A stretch of DNA of 57,823 nucleotides from a virus. Lineage: Duplodnaviria > Caudoviricetes. The stretch covers positions 1 to 57,823 of IMG/VR virus record IMGVR_UViG_3300024520_000084. One strand, 5' to 3'. Below the pieces are notes generated by a model, which had not been told where the DNA came from, did not search any database, and worked only from the letters and a program-made list of their open reading frames with translations. The position numbers and the translations under genes were made by a program. Positions 1 to 8,778 of the stretch are shown in pieces. Position 1 is the first letter of the stretch, and each line of letters begins with the position of its first letter.

Positions 1-138
1 CAACTGTGGCGACAATGCCTGAATAATCCTCACAAAAGGTATCTGAAGGTCAGACGATTTTACTTCTTCAAAGCCATAACCGACATCCGCTTCAAAAGCT
101 TCCGCCAACTCAGCTGGTAGTGCTCCGTTCTTAGCCAT
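1..138 (-). CDS. 5' part of SSB-like replication protein (continues at 57823-57210 across the circular junction)
   Basis: Manual translation MAKNGALPAELAEAFEADVGYGFEEVKSSDLQIPFVRIIQALSPQL runs off the left end; AGGAG RBS upstream; not in ORF track. Confidence 0.8.
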   Translation of the reverse strand, partial: MAKNGALPAELAEAFEADVGYGFEEVKSSDLQIPFVRIIQALSPQL

Positions 139-141
139 GAT

Positions 142-714
142 TCATTCTCCTTTTATCTTAGCTACTGTTCCAATGTGTGCGTTAAAAATTTCCAAGTCGA
201 TCTCCTGCTTGCTTTCAATCCGCTCGCGTATAAGCTTCTTGAGTGTTTGAGGTTCGACCCAGGTTTTTGCCACGGTTTCAAAACCTTGGTTCTCAAGATC
301 CGATTGCATCGCCCTTGCACGATTATCTTCACTCACGCCAAATCGAACGCTGACATCATTCTTAATAAAGTCAGCCGCCCCTATTTGTCGTAAGTGTTGA
401 AGTGCATTGTCGCGTTGCATTGGATCTTTAGGCATTGTACCGCTAACAAAGGTTGTCAGGCTTACCTTGTTGCCCTCTACTTCAACCTTATCAAGACCCA
501 TTTCAGACATCTTCGCCGGAATAAGGTCATATAAGTAACGCTCCCGCCTTCGCTTTGCGTCTTTCAGTGCATCCTCCGCAAGCCTGACCTCCTTCTCAAT
601 TGATCCCACAGTTTTGATCAACCCAGAAAGCTCTTTGCCTGTTTCGGTTGTAACATCATCAAACGCTTCCGCATCAGCGGTAATCGTACTCCACAAGTCT
701 TCTGTACTCATCAA
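142..714 (-). CDS. Conserved phage replication-module protein (coiled-coil N-terminus)
   Basis: 190 aa ORF, overlaps upstream gene by 4 nt, lies directly upstream of the SSB-like gene. Confidence 0.75.
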   Translation of the reverse strand: MMSTEDLWSTITADAEAFDDVTTETGKELSGLIKTVGSIEKEVRLAEDALKDAKRRRERYLYDLIPAKMSEMGLDKVEVEGNKVSLTTFVSGTMPKDPMQRDNALQHLRQIGAADFIKNDVSVRFGVSEDNRARAMQSDLENQGFETVAKTWVEPQTLKKLIRERIESKQEIDLEIFNAHIGTVAKIKGE

Positions 715-1064
715 CGTATCTCCTCGTCAGGTTTCAAGTTCTCAATGCCGCTGCCGCGCAGACCAATTTTCACGGGATAATAGGACTTCTCCATCTTGTC
801 CCACTTTAAAAGGTTGACACGCCCACGGTTTTCTTCCGCAGCAATAGCAAACGCCACACCAATGATCGCTGGATCACCCATAGCCAACAACCAATCGTCA
901 TCACTGAACCCACGAAGCTTCCGCCTGATTTGCGAAACCACTCGCGCCGGGTTTATATGAATTTGATCGAAGGGACTTGTAAGGGCTTCGAGATCACCCC
1001 ACTGCGAAGCTGACGTTATGTTCGCACGGGTGTTCTCTTGTGTGACAAATACTCTACTGTTCAT
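711..1064 (-). CDS. Hypothetical phage protein (117 aa, MNSRVFVTQEN...GDP motif)
   Basis: Likely start is ATG 1064 after an AGAAAG-type RBS; the longer ORF-track version overlaps the SNF2 gene antisense. Confidence 0.7.
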   Translation of the reverse strand: MNSRVFVTQENTRANITSASQWGDLEALTSPFDQIHINPARVVSQIRRKLRGFSDDDWLLAMGDPAIIGVAFAIAAEENRGRVNLLKWDKMEKSYYPVKIGLRGSGIENLKPDEEIR

Positions 1065-1118
1065 CGCTTTCTTCTTTCTCAGTTCTAACAACACGATCCT
1101 AATGAATAAAAATTGTAA

Positions 1119-1147
1119 TTGCAATAGTAAATCATGGGATATATACT
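1119..1147 (+). promoter_or_regulatory. Sigma70-type promoter for SNF2 gene (probably leaderless mRNA)
   Basis: TTGCAA-17 nt-TATACT; the ATG at 1155 falls about at the predicted +1 with no RBS. Confidence 0.6.
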
Positions 1148-1154
1148 GCCATGC

Positions 1155-2603
1155 ATGGTCGACTACGAATATAAGACTAAACCATACCAGCATCAACACG
1201 ATGTTCTGATGCTTTCTTGGGACAAAAAGAACTGGGCCTACTTTATGGAAATGGGCACGGGCAAGTCTAAAGTGTGCATAGACAACGCCACCATGCTTCG
1301 GGAGCGTGGGGAGATCGACACGTTCATTGTTGTTGCCCCCAAGGGCGTTTACCGGAATTGGGCTAACCTTGAGATTCCGGCGCACATGCCGGATCGGGTT
1401 CGGGAGGATTGCCTGATGGCAATTTGGCGCCCAACACCACCACAGGCCTTGAAGCGGAACTTGTTGAGTTTTATGCAGCCGGCAGAGAACTTTCGCATTC
1501 TGGTGATGAACATCGAAGCACTGTCCACGGTCAAAGGACAAAAGTTTCTGGTCGGGGTTCTCAAGGCGTCACAAGCTCTTCTTGCGGTTGACGAGTCTAC
1601 GGCAATCAAGTCGCCCAAAGCCTCGAGGACAAAAGCCCTTCTCAAAATGTCGGAGCTGGCAAAGTACAAGCGCATCTTGACAGGCTTCCCGGTAACGCAG
1701 TCGCCTATGGATCTATGGGCGCAGTGTCGGTTTCTTGATAAGACCTTGCTTGGAGATTGCGGCGATAATTATTTTCAGTATCAGTATCGTTACGCTGTTA
1801 TGAAGCGTCAAAGCGTTGGCACACATTCCTTTAATCGGATTGTCGGGTACAGAAACCTGGAAGAACTATCTGGTTTTCTTAAAAGTTTTTCCAGTCGCGT
1901 AATGAAAGAGGAGTGCCTCGATCTTCCCGCCAAAATCTATACCCAGAGAAGCGTTACTCTCTCGGACGATCAGGCAAGAATTTATAATGATCTGAAAAAG
2001 TACGCTCTGGCGCACATAGAAGATGACGAGTTTATGACAGCCAATAATGTTATGACCCAGCTTCTACGGATGCAGCAAGTTCTCTCTGGTCATACAAAGT
2101 CCGACAGCGGCCAAGTGATGGAGATTAAGGACAACCGTCTCAACGAGCTTATGGATTGTCTGGAAGAAGTCGAAGGCAAAGCTATCATCTGGTCCCGATT
2201 CCGGTACGACATAAAACGTATCTCGGAGGCCTTAACCAAGAAATATGGCTCATGGTCCACGGTTACCTACTTCGGAGACACGTCTGACGAAGCACGGTCC
2301 AAGGCCATTGAGAACTTTCAGGAAGGCGATGCTCAGTTCTTTATCGGCAACCCGCAGACAGGCGGGTATGGAATAACTTTAACGGCAGCGCAAACTGTAA
2401 TTTATTTTGCAAACAGCTTTGACCTGGCGATACGGATGCAGTCAGAAGATCGAGCGCACCGCATTGGCCAGACAGAGCATGTAAACTACATAGATTTGAT
2501 TTCGGAAGGAACTATTGACGAACAGATTGTCAAAGCCTTGCGAGACAAGATGGATATTGCCAGCGTGGTGATGGGAGAGGAACTTAAAGAATGGCTGAGA
2601 TAG
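1155..2603 (+). CDS. SNF2-family helicase
   Basis: MEMGTGKS Walker A, DES(T) Walker B, LTGFP motif III, GYGITL and QSEDRAHRIGQ motifs. Confidence 0.93.
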   Translation: MVDYEYKTKPYQHQHDVLMLSWDKKNWAYFMEMGTGKSKVCIDNATMLRERGEIDTFIVVAPKGVYRNWANLEIPAHMPDRVREDCLMAIWRPTPPQALKRNLLSFMQPAENFRILVMNIEALSTVKGQKFLVGVLKASQALLAVDESTAIKSPKASRTKALLKMSELAKYKRILTGFPVTQSPMDLWAQCRFLDKTLLGDCGDNYFQYQYRYAVMKRQSVGTHSFNRIVGYRNLEELSGFLKSFSSRVMKEECLDLPAKIYTQRSVTLSDDQARIYNDLKKYALAHIEDDEFMTANNVMTQLLRMQQVLSGHTKSDSGQVMEIKDNRLNELMDCLEEVEGKAIIWSRFRYDIKRISEALTKKYGSWSTVTYFGDTSDEARSKAIENFQEGDAQFFIGNPQTGGYGITLTAAQTVIYFANSFDLAIRMQSEDRAHRIGQTEHVNYIDLISEGTIDEQIVKALRDKMDIASVVMGEELKEWLR

Positions 2604-2619
2604 ATTAAAGGAGAAAATC

Positions 2620-2832
2620 ATGGGAGCCGTTAAACAAGCTATGTTAGACGAGTTGTGGAAAGAGGAATCAGAGCACGTTTTGGATATGTTTATTGAAGGA
2701 ATGCGAAATTCTGGCTTTGATAATGAAGAAATAATCAAAGCCGTTATTGAGCGTTGCGACCCTGATCTGAGTCCCTTTTATGAAGAACTAGTACAACAGG
2801 AAAAACACATGAAGGAGATAACGAATGCCTGA
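2620..2832 (+). CDS. Hypothetical protein
   Basis: 70 aa, AAGGAG RBS, overlaps next gene. Confidence 0.65.
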   Translation: MGAVKQAMLDELWKEESEHVLDMFIEGMRNSGFDNEEIIKAVIERCDPDLSPFYEELVQQEKHMKEITNA

Positions 2833-3016
2833 TATTAAGAAGTACAAAAGTGTAGCGGTGCCAATCCCGACATGGGAGAAGCTTTGGGAGATGGCTGAGA
2901 AGAACCACAGATCCCCCGCGCAGCAGATTGCTTTTTTAGTAGATGTTTCAGAGAACACGCCAAAGGATTCTGACGTGATGCATCTTTATTCTAATTTGCA
3001 GATTGCTGACGCATGA
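2825..3016 (+). CDS. Ribbon-helix-helix (Arc-like) DNA-binding protein
   Basis: KYKSVAV beta strand followed by two helices (TWEKLWEMAEKNHRSPAQQIAFLV); AAGGAG RBS. Confidence 0.7.
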   Translation: MPDIKKYKSVAVPIPTWEKLWEMAEKNHRSPAQQIAFLVDVSENTPKDSDVMHLYSNLQIADA

Positions 3017-3267
3017 ATTTAGAAAACTTTTACCAAGAGGTTCGGGCTACGGAAACCAGTTGCTCCGACCTCACGGGCGCGGGGAAAACAGTTGTTCTTT
3101 TTCGTGTTGCGCTTGAAACAGGTGCGAGGGAAATGGGGATGCTTTCCGTCTTGCATTTGATATCCAAGTTGATGACGGCAACTCTTGGTATTATGAACGA
3201 TGACGATGAATGTTCCTTTGAAGAAATTCTGGATGAATTTGAAGTGGAAAACAAGATATCCCATTAA
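3013..3267 (+). CDS. Hypothetical protein
   Basis: 84 aa, ATGA overlap with upstream gene. Confidence 0.6.
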   Translation: MNLENFYQEVRATETSCSDLTGAGKTVVLFRVALETGAREMGMLSVLHLISKLMTATLGIMNDDDECSFEEILDEFEVENKISH

Positions 3268-3487
3268 TTGGGACTTACCCGTTCATTGGGCGGAAATTCT
3301 TTTTGCTATACGAAAAGAAAATAATCTGTCACGTAAAGATCTTGCTGAAATGTCCGGGGTTTCTTCAAGCACGATTGAAAACTACGAAAAGAAAAAGATT
3401 AAAGAGCCCTCTATTTACAAGGTCGAACAACTCCTTAACGCCATGGGGTATGATTTGGATGCCTTAAAATACCGCAGACATCCCTAA
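3200..3487 (+). CDS. XRE/Cro-family HTH regulator (start probably further downstream)
   Basis: IRKENNLSRKDLAEMSGVSSSTIENYE...PS HTH_3 pattern. Confidence 0.8.
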   Translation: MTMNVPLKKFWMNLKWKTRYPINWDLPVHWAEILFAIRKENNLSRKDLAEMSGVSSSTIENYEKKKIKEPSIYKVEQLLNAMGYDLDALKYRRHP

Positions 3488-3969
3488 CTACCCTTTTTGT
3501 TAGCGTAAAAAATATGCTCCCCTATCTGCTTTTTCTTTTTCAATACCAATGCCCACGATGGTTGGACTGATGTAGCATGATAATGGGTTGCGTCTTCTAA
3601 CCCTTCTATCTTTACACTACTTGAAATAAGCATCCCCGCTATATCGAGGGCCACGGTCCATGGTTTCTTTTCAGCTGGGCGCTCTGGCTTGCCATCACAC
3701 CAATAGCTGAACTGGCACTTGTGGCGAACAGGGTTACCCCTCCAGTATCGGCCCTGTTTTACCACACTGCAAATGTTATCTGGGTATCGGGGGTCATTTA
3801 CCCTATTTCTGATGACAACCCCCACCGCCAGCATCCCACGCCAACCTTGATCCCTGGCCTCGTAATAAACGGCTTCGGCTAGGCATATTCTGCCATCGTT
3901 GTCATCGGCATAAAGTCGCCCACTAACTACGGCCATCGTAATGACTACTACCATCGCAAACTTAATCAT
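3484..3969 (-). CDS. Cell wall hydrolase, SleB/Hydrolase_2 family, with N-terminal hydrophobic segment
   Basis: CLAEAVYYEAR, V..NRV, CQFSYWCDG, ATHYHA, IGEHIFY motifs. Confidence 0.92.
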   Translation of the reverse strand: MIKFAMVVVITMAVVSGRLYADDNDGRICLAEAVYYEARDQGWRGMLAVGVVIRNRVNDPRYPDNICSVVKQGRYWRGNPVRHKCQFSYWCDGKPERPAEKKPWTVALDIAGMLISSSVKIEGLEDATHYHATSVQPSWALVLKKKKQIGEHIFYANKKGS

Positions 3970-4204
3970 TCATCACCCCTTGGCTGTCGCATTCTTGGCA
4001 AGGCTCTGTGACTGCCCAGTTCTTCCTGTCGAACAAATAACCAAGGCCTCGACAAACGGGGCACACTGTTCCCATGGGGTGAGCATATTGCCCTACGACG
4101 CCGTTCTTTGTGCAGCTTGTTTCACCCATTTTCAAGCCGCCCGAAAGTTTGATCTGTCGCCGAAGATCAGCAGCCCCCATTATGGTTTCGTCGTAGACCG
4201 TCAT
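3962..4204 (-). CDS. Small DnaJ-type Zn-finger protein
   Basis: CPVCRGLG and CQECDSQG repeats. Confidence 0.6.
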   Translation of the reverse strand: MTVYDETIMGAADLRRQIKLSGGLKMGETSCTKNGVVGQYAHPMGTVCPVCRGLGYLFDRKNWAVTEPCQECDSQGVMND

Positions 4205-4210
4205 TAAAAA

Positions 4211-4414
4211 TCAGTTCAACTCCTTCCTGAGACGGGCGCGGAGAACCTCCGCATGGCTTTCCCAAATGGCTTTAACCTCTGGATCACGCGCCCTGTCCCG
4301 TGCTTCGGTACATTTGAACGCTTTCTGAAGTAGCCTGTCTGGTTGAGGTTCAGATCCCTGTAACCGAGATCCAATCCACTCCATGCCTTTAAGAAACTTT
4401 TCTGCCTCATTCAT
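4211..4414 (-). CDS. Hypothetical protein (MNEAEKFL...)
   Basis: ATG 4414 overlaps the end of the upstream gene; fits operon packing. Confidence 0.55.
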   Translation of the reverse strand: MNEAEKFLKGMEWIGSRLQGSEPQPDRLLQKAFKCTEARDRARDPEVKAIWESHAEVLRARLRKELN

Positions 4415-4649
4415 CGTCCGGTCCCAAGAACCAGTCATACTTATCAACCATTGCTTTACAGTTTGAACAACCCGAAGCAACCCAAGCAAAGTGGTAAGCG
4501 GTTTCGTTGTGTCCACAATGAGGACAAACAATAACCTTGCCTTTTTTACCAGCGCGACACCATTTATAAACACGCTTCAAACCCTTTGAATTAAACGGTT
4601 CTACTTTTTCTTCCTCAACACACCCAAATAACCATGTTAAAAATCCCAT
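4407..4649 (-). CDS. Small Zn-ribbon protein
   Basis: CPHC and CSNC pairs; AAGGAG RBS before ATG 4649. Confidence 0.65.
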   Translation of the reverse strand: MGFLTWLFGCVEEEKVEPFNSKGLKRVYKWCRAGKKGKVIVCPHCGHNETAYHFAWVASGCSNCKAMVDKYDWFLGPDDE

Positions 4650-4660
4650 TTCATTCTCCT

Positions 4661-5518
4661 TTATAATCCACACATTCCTTCACACTCATTTTGCATCAGA
4701 TCCTTAAACAGTTCTCCCTGTCCAAGTTCCTCCGCAGTACTAAAATCAACATCACGCAACGGAATACGTTTAGCGTGTAAGAACCGTGCGCCTTGAAATC
4801 TTCCTTCACCTTCTCGAAGTAAATCATCCACAACGCAAGCTTCCTCAAACTCTTCTGGAAAATTATGTTTTAAATCCCTCCACTCATTATCATTGTGAAA
4901 GGGACAACCAACACAGGCGCTCTTGACCAGAACCCTGTCTGGATAGTTTTCGGTAAACCACTTCAAGCAATCGCGCCGTGTCATTTCTTTTTCTAACAAC
5001 GGCCAACGGTTTGTGACCCATGAGTCGGCGTTTTCCTTAACCCGCATCATCTCATCCCTGGATATCCCTATCCACATCTCCACCATTAAATCTTTAGGCG
5101 TTCTCTGGCGTGGTTTAAGGCCGGCTAACTCACGAACCTTTTTGCGTATGGGTTTGAGTTTATATTCACTTGTGCATTGTCGTCGGGCCATTCCCTTGCT
5201 GCCGTCTTCGTTAAGAATAAAAAACGGTATGGCGGCAAAACTGTGCCCTGTCGTGTTGATGTTTGTTTCAAGGTCGTTCTTGATATTCCCACGCTGGACG
5301 CGATAAACAGGAAACGATAGTTGCTGTTCGAGCCACTCGAGATGCTGGTACACGGACAATGGTTCCCAGCCCGTGTCAGCAAATACGGCGCAATCAGGGC
5401 GAGGCCCAATCTCACCTTTTTCGGCTTTCAAAGCCATAACAGAAGACTGAACACCAGCACCCAAACTAATCACTCGCAGGGAGGCATTTTCTACCGGATT
5501 GAACCAATTATTTTCCAT
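4661..5518 (-). CDS. PAPS-reductase/adenine nucleotide alpha-hydrolase-like protein, probably Fe-S binding
   Basis: SLGAGVQS PP-loop variant, FADTGWE, RQCT..YK..PI, KSACVGCP, terminal ECEGMC. Confidence 0.8.
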   Translation of the reverse strand: MENNWFNPVENASLRVISLGAGVQSSVMALKAEKGEIGPRPDCAVFADTGWEPLSVYQHLEWLEQQLSFPVYRVQRGNIKNDLETNINTTGHSFAAIPFFILNEDGSKGMARRQCTSEYKLKPIRKKVRELAGLKPRQRTPKDLMVEMWIGISRDEMMRVKENADSWVTNRWPLLEKEMTRRDCLKWFTENYPDRVLVKSACVGCPFHNDNEWRDLKHNFPEEFEEACVVDDLLREGEGRFQGARFLHAKRIPLRDVDFSTAEELGQGELFKDLMQNECEGMCGL

Positions 5519-5526
5519 AATCTATT

Positions 5527-5667
5527 TTAACCGTCTGTAGCATCTTCAAGCCAAGCCTCTTCCTCCGGCGTCTGGGGCGCAGTGTCATGCCACACAGGCC
5601 CGTCACCAAAAACCGCGATGACGGGCGTACCATCAGCAAGCCGTATAGGCATTCTCCATTTTTTCAT
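5527..5667 (-). CDS. Micro-ORF, 46 aa (MKKWRMPIRLADG...)
   Basis: Manual translation; ATGA-coupled to upstream ORF. Confidence 0.55.
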   Translation of the reverse strand: MKKWRMPIRLADGTPVIAVFGDGPVWHDTAPQTPEEEAWLEDATDG

Positions 5668-5726
5668 AGAAAAAGTATCCCCACTACAACAGCAGTTATC
5701 CAAAAGATGGCGTAAGCTTCCAACAT
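5664..5726 (-). CDS. Hydrophobic micropeptide, 20 aa (MLEAYAIFWITAVVVGILFL)
   Basis: GAGGTG RBS; stop overlaps next start (ATGA). Confidence 0.55.
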   Translation of the reverse strand: MLEAYAIFWITAVVVGILFL

Positions 5727-5735
5727 AATATCACC

Positions 5736-5825
5736 TCAAAAATACTGGAAAAACCCAGCGATTAAAGAACCCACAAAAATCATAGCAAAATATTCCCAAC
5801 CCATTTTCTTCTTCCTCTTTTTCAT
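5736..5825 (-). CDS. Hydrophobic micropeptide, 22-29 aa (MKKRKKKMGWEYFAMIFVGSLIAGFFQYF)
   Basis: ATGA overlap with upstream gene; alternative start at 5804. Confidence 0.5.
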   Translation of the reverse strand: MKKRKKKMGWEYFAMIFVGSLIAGFFQYF

Positions 5826-5971
5826 AAAATTAGATCCTCAAAACAATTCTTCTGTTCAGCCGTGATTTCGCCTTGGCAATCACAAGCGTCACAACCAGCA
5901 GTGCCTTCTTCGTCACGCACGTACCCGTTGCCGTAGCACACGGGACATGGAACTTTTTCTGTATCAATCAT
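5822..5971 (-). CDS. Small DnaJ-type Zn-finger protein (49 aa)
   Basis: CPVCYGNG and CDACDCQG; GAGGAG RBS before ATG 5971. Confidence 0.65.
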   Translation of the reverse strand: MIDTEKVPCPVCYGNGYVRDEEGTAGCDACDCQGEITAEQKNCFEDLIL

Positions 5972-5972
5972 T

Positions 5973-6731
5973 CTATTTCTCCTCTCTTTGGTTTGCCAAG
6001 AATACCGCCTTCGCAAAACCTCGCGGCGTTGCACTTCGGATGTTCTTGGTTTTCAGTGATTTCCCACCTGTCTTTGCTTGGATAGGGGATAAGTTGCTCC
6101 CTTTCTTAGGATCTTTTCGCTTGCATACCACGTTGATAAAAGGGACATCCTTTTTCTCTGGCATCGTAAAACCACTCCCTGTCCAAAGACAAGTGCGCTT
6201 TCGGTATGCATCCCGTGGCGGTATTATATCTGGCCAGCGTGGGTGCTGATCATCCCGTGGCAAATAACCCCCAAACTCATAGGGGTTAAACATATGATCT
6301 GGCTTTCTCCACAATCTGGACAAGGCGCCCACAGGGTTTTCAATGTAGTGGGGGCAACCAAACGCCGCCCCCAAGAACGAACATTTCATCACATGGTTCG
6401 CCGCCTCAGTTTGGAAGAAAGGGCGTTCTTTTGCCTTCTTTGACCACCACACAGCACCCGCCGCGCTCAGATCAGTGCAAGGCGGGAAGGCTGACATAAA
6501 AGCCACCTTCCCCGAATGCCGCACCAAAATTTCCAGCAACGTCTCGTGATCGTAAAGATCCGCATGAAAATAAAAAGTCGCCGGACCTTTCCTCATATTT
6601 TTCAGTCCTGTTATGTCCATTGGTTCAGCGACGTGCTGGATGTCATACGCGAAGCAGTCATAGCCGGCCTCTGCCCACGGTTGAAGTGCTTCGCCCGTAT
6701 AGTCATAAAGTGAGATGACTTGATTTTTCAT
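5973..6731 (-). CDS. DNA (cytosine-5) methyltransferase-like protein, compact phage type
   Basis: SLYDYTG motif I-like, FPPCT catalytic motif IV, IENPV motif VI, RSATP.GFA C-terminus. Confidence 0.8.
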   Translation of the reverse strand: MKNQVISLYDYTGEALQPWAEAGYDCFAYDIQHVAEPMDITGLKNMRKGPATFYFHADLYDHETLLEILVRHSGKVAFMSAFPPCTDLSAAGAVWWSKKAKERPFFQTEAANHVMKCSFLGAAFGCPHYIENPVGALSRLWRKPDHMFNPYEFGGYLPRDDQHPRWPDIIPPRDAYRKRTCLWTGSGFTMPEKKDVPFINVVCKRKDPKKGSNLSPIQAKTGGKSLKTKNIRSATPRGFAKAVFLANQREEK

Positions 6732-7005
6732 GTCCCTTGCTCCCAATAAAGGCCCGATTCACCGGCGATAATTCGTAATAGCCGCTTATTATCTCATCCT
6801 GCAGCTGGTCCTCCATTATCTCGGAGGAGCCGCCGCCGCCATTTACCAAACACATCAACGTGTAGTGATAGGAGGTGACGGTGCTGTCGCCTCTAGAGCG
6901 TGTCTCCGTGCGCGACAAAACACGCTCCTTGATTACAATTGTCTGGTAACCCAACAGCGTCTGGTTTTCTTGATCGCGAAGTATATATTCTGATCCAATG
7001 AACAT
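6703..7005 (-). CDS. Hypothetical protein
   Basis: 100 aa, AGAAAGGAG RBS. Confidence 0.6.
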   Translation of the reverse strand: MFIGSEYILRDQENQTLLGYQTIVIKERVLSRTETRSRGDSTVTSYHYTLMCLVNGGGGSSEIMEDQLQDEIISGYYELSPVNRAFIGSKGHEKSSHLTL

Positions 7006-7072
7006 TGTCTTTCTCCTTTCTAAATGAATACTTAACGACGTTGGGTGTTTTCATTTAAGTGACCCCCGTTAA

Positions 7073-7471
7073 TTAATCTAAAATCTCACACTCGTCCTTG
7101 TAATAACTATGAAAAAGTTCAATGAAAGAACTAGTGTTATCTTCAAATTTTATTGTAGGTAAATCAGGATCCGCAATTTCAGAATCTCGAGCTACGACTA
7201 TTTCCGCGCATACAGATAAGAATGCTTGACTGATTTGCATTCTTGCACAAAACCAGCTAACAGTTTGTGTTCCCTCCGAAGCTTCCTGGGCTTCCTGGGA
7301 AAGTAAATTTTCATAAATCTCTGGTTGTATTTGTTCTATCCAAAGATTTAAGAAATCCTTGATATTATCACAAATCAAATTTATAGAATTATCAAAAGAT
7401 TCCTGTTCTTTTAAATTACTTCTTTGAATGATTTCTTCAGGATTTGGAAAATTTATTATTGTGCCTGTCAT
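7073..7471 (-). CDS. Hypothetical acidic protein, AT-rich
   Basis: 132 aa; ATGA overlap with upstream gene; visibly lower GC. Confidence 0.6.
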   Translation of the reverse strand: MTGTIINFPNPEEIIQRSNLKEQESFDNSINLICDNIKDFLNLWIEQIQPEIYENLLSQEAQEASEGTQTVSWFCARMQISQAFLSVCAEIVVARDSEIADPDLPTIKFEDNTSSFIELFHSYYKDECEILD

Positions 7472-8334
7472 ACACTTCCCTCAAAATCCTGTTTTTCTTT
7501 ATCGGTAGCCTCTTCACCAGTGAACAGGCGCAGAGGCTTACCGGCATCCCACCGTAGGAATTGACCGCTGCCAAAGCTCTCTCCATTGAGCCTTGCATCC
7601 AAGGCACGCACCAACCAGTTCAACTTCAACAATTTATGGGGTTGCCTCTGTTTAGCCCTAGCGCCTAGAGCCATCTCATGGTAGCGGAATAAAGGATCGT
7701 TAAGGCTGTTCCACTGTCCTTGTGCAAGATCATTAAACAAGCTGATTGTGGCGGGTGCGTCAATTACTTTTGCCAACCGCCAAAAAACCACAGCGGCCAG
7801 TTCCAGCGAGCCTTCCGTTTTCTGTATCCGTAAGCCGTGTCTCATGGCGGCGTTAACATCGTCAAAGTTCTCGATGAGAAATCGCAGAAGTTCCGCAACC
7901 GTAGGCTTTAATCCTGTACCACCTGAAGAACGCCAGTTGGTATTCTCCCATCGCCAACAGGTGTTTAAAGCTACTGATAATTTGGGCGCTCGTGCATGGC
8001 CCTTCATATGTAAGGTATTTGCCAGAGATCGCGGTCGGTTGGTGTCAATGGTTTCTAAGCCTTCGACTCCTCGAACAACGGCAGTCGTAAAAGATACGTT
8101 AGCGGTGATACAAGCCCATAGCCTGTGCTGGCCATCAAGGACATTTCCTTGTGGGCTTATCTTGATAGTCTCGCCATTTAATGTCCATTTTCCCGCTGAC
8201 ATATCACGGGCAAGACTTTGAACGTGGCGATCCACAATGGGACGGTTGTTCTCCACAACATGCTCCAGCAATTTAGTTGCTTCGGCTGGAGTTATTGTCT
8301 CAATGGCGAAAGTAGGTTCTGGTAATATCGACAT
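7468..8334 (-). CDS. DGQHR / ParB-Srx-like N-terminal domain protein
   Basis: NNRP...LARDM..GKW..NGE...LDGQHRLWA motif. Confidence 0.75.
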   Translation of the reverse strand: MSILPEPTFAIETITPAEATKLLEHVVENNRPIVDRHVQSLARDMSAGKWTLNGETIKISPQGNVLDGQHRLWACITANVSFTTAVVRGVEGLETIDTNRPRSLANTLHMKGHARAPKLSVALNTCWRWENTNWRSSGGTGLKPTVAELLRFLIENFDDVNAAMRHGLRIQKTEGSLELAAVVFWRLAKVIDAPATISLFNDLAQGQWNSLNDPLFRYHEMALGARAKQRQPHKLLKLNWLVRALDARLNGESFGSGQFLRWDAGKPLRLFTGEEATDKEKQDFEGSV

Positions 8335-8386
8335 GGTGTAATCATCTCCTCATTTTATCCCAGCATGATTGCCTCGATATAATGGT

Positions 8387-8417
8387 AGTATAAGCATGGA
8401 CCATGGTACACTGTCAA
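8387..8417 (-). promoter_or_regulatory. Leftward sigma70-like promoter with CATGG-rich spacer
   Basis: TTGACA-19 nt-TATACT on minus strand (spacing long). Confidence 0.5.
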
Positions 8418-8419
8418 AT

Positions 8420-8494
8420 GTTTAATCGGGGTCGGGTCGGGTTTAAATCGGGGTCGGGATCGGGTTTAAATCGGGGTCGGGTCGGGATCGGGTC
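8420..8494 (+). repeat. Tandem TTTAAATCGGGGTCGGG(A)TCGGG units x3 (GGGTC-rich tract 1)
   Basis: Read directly from sequence. Confidence 0.9.
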
Positions 8495-8499
8495 TGCAC

Positions 8500-8528
8500 A
8501 AAAAAGACCCCAGCTTGCGGCTGGGGCC
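8500..8528 (-). terminator. Rho-independent terminator
   Basis: CCCCAGC/GCTGGGG stem; A-run at 8500-8505 gives the U-tract on minus strand. Confidence 0.7.
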
Positions 8529-8602
8529 AGGTTTTCGAGCCGCTGCCAGGATCGGCGCGGCTCACAGGGAGAGGGCGACGATAATCCCGCCGCCCTCCCG
8601 CG

Positions 8603-8776
8603 TCAATCGTTAGAGGCGATCCGCTCTCTCAGTTCTTCGTCGTCATAAGCGCAGCAACAACTATCGCATATCCATTTGTCACCTATGACTTCGTGTGGCG
8701 AGTTGCGAGCGTCGAATACATCTTTGCACAAGTCGCACGTCGTATTGTCGCCATACATTGGATCATGGGTTTTCAT
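8603..8776 (-). CDS. Small Cys-rich Zn-binding protein, 57 aa (MKTHDPMYGDNTTCDLC...ICDSCCC...)
   Basis: Manual translation; below ORF-track cut-off; starts just after the upstream stop. Confidence 0.6.
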   Translation of the reverse strand: MKTHDPMYGDNTTCDLCKDVFDARNSPHEVIGDKWICDSCCCAYDDEELRERIASND

Positions 8777-8778
8777 AA

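Noticed and set aside
1065-1541. Long N-terminal extension of the 711-1541 minus ORF
   Set aside because: Antisense to the SNF2 gene and across its promoter; a better start with RBS lies at 1064
8420-8494. CRISPR-like array
   Set aside because: Repeats are contiguous low-complexity units with no unique spacers; no cas genes seen
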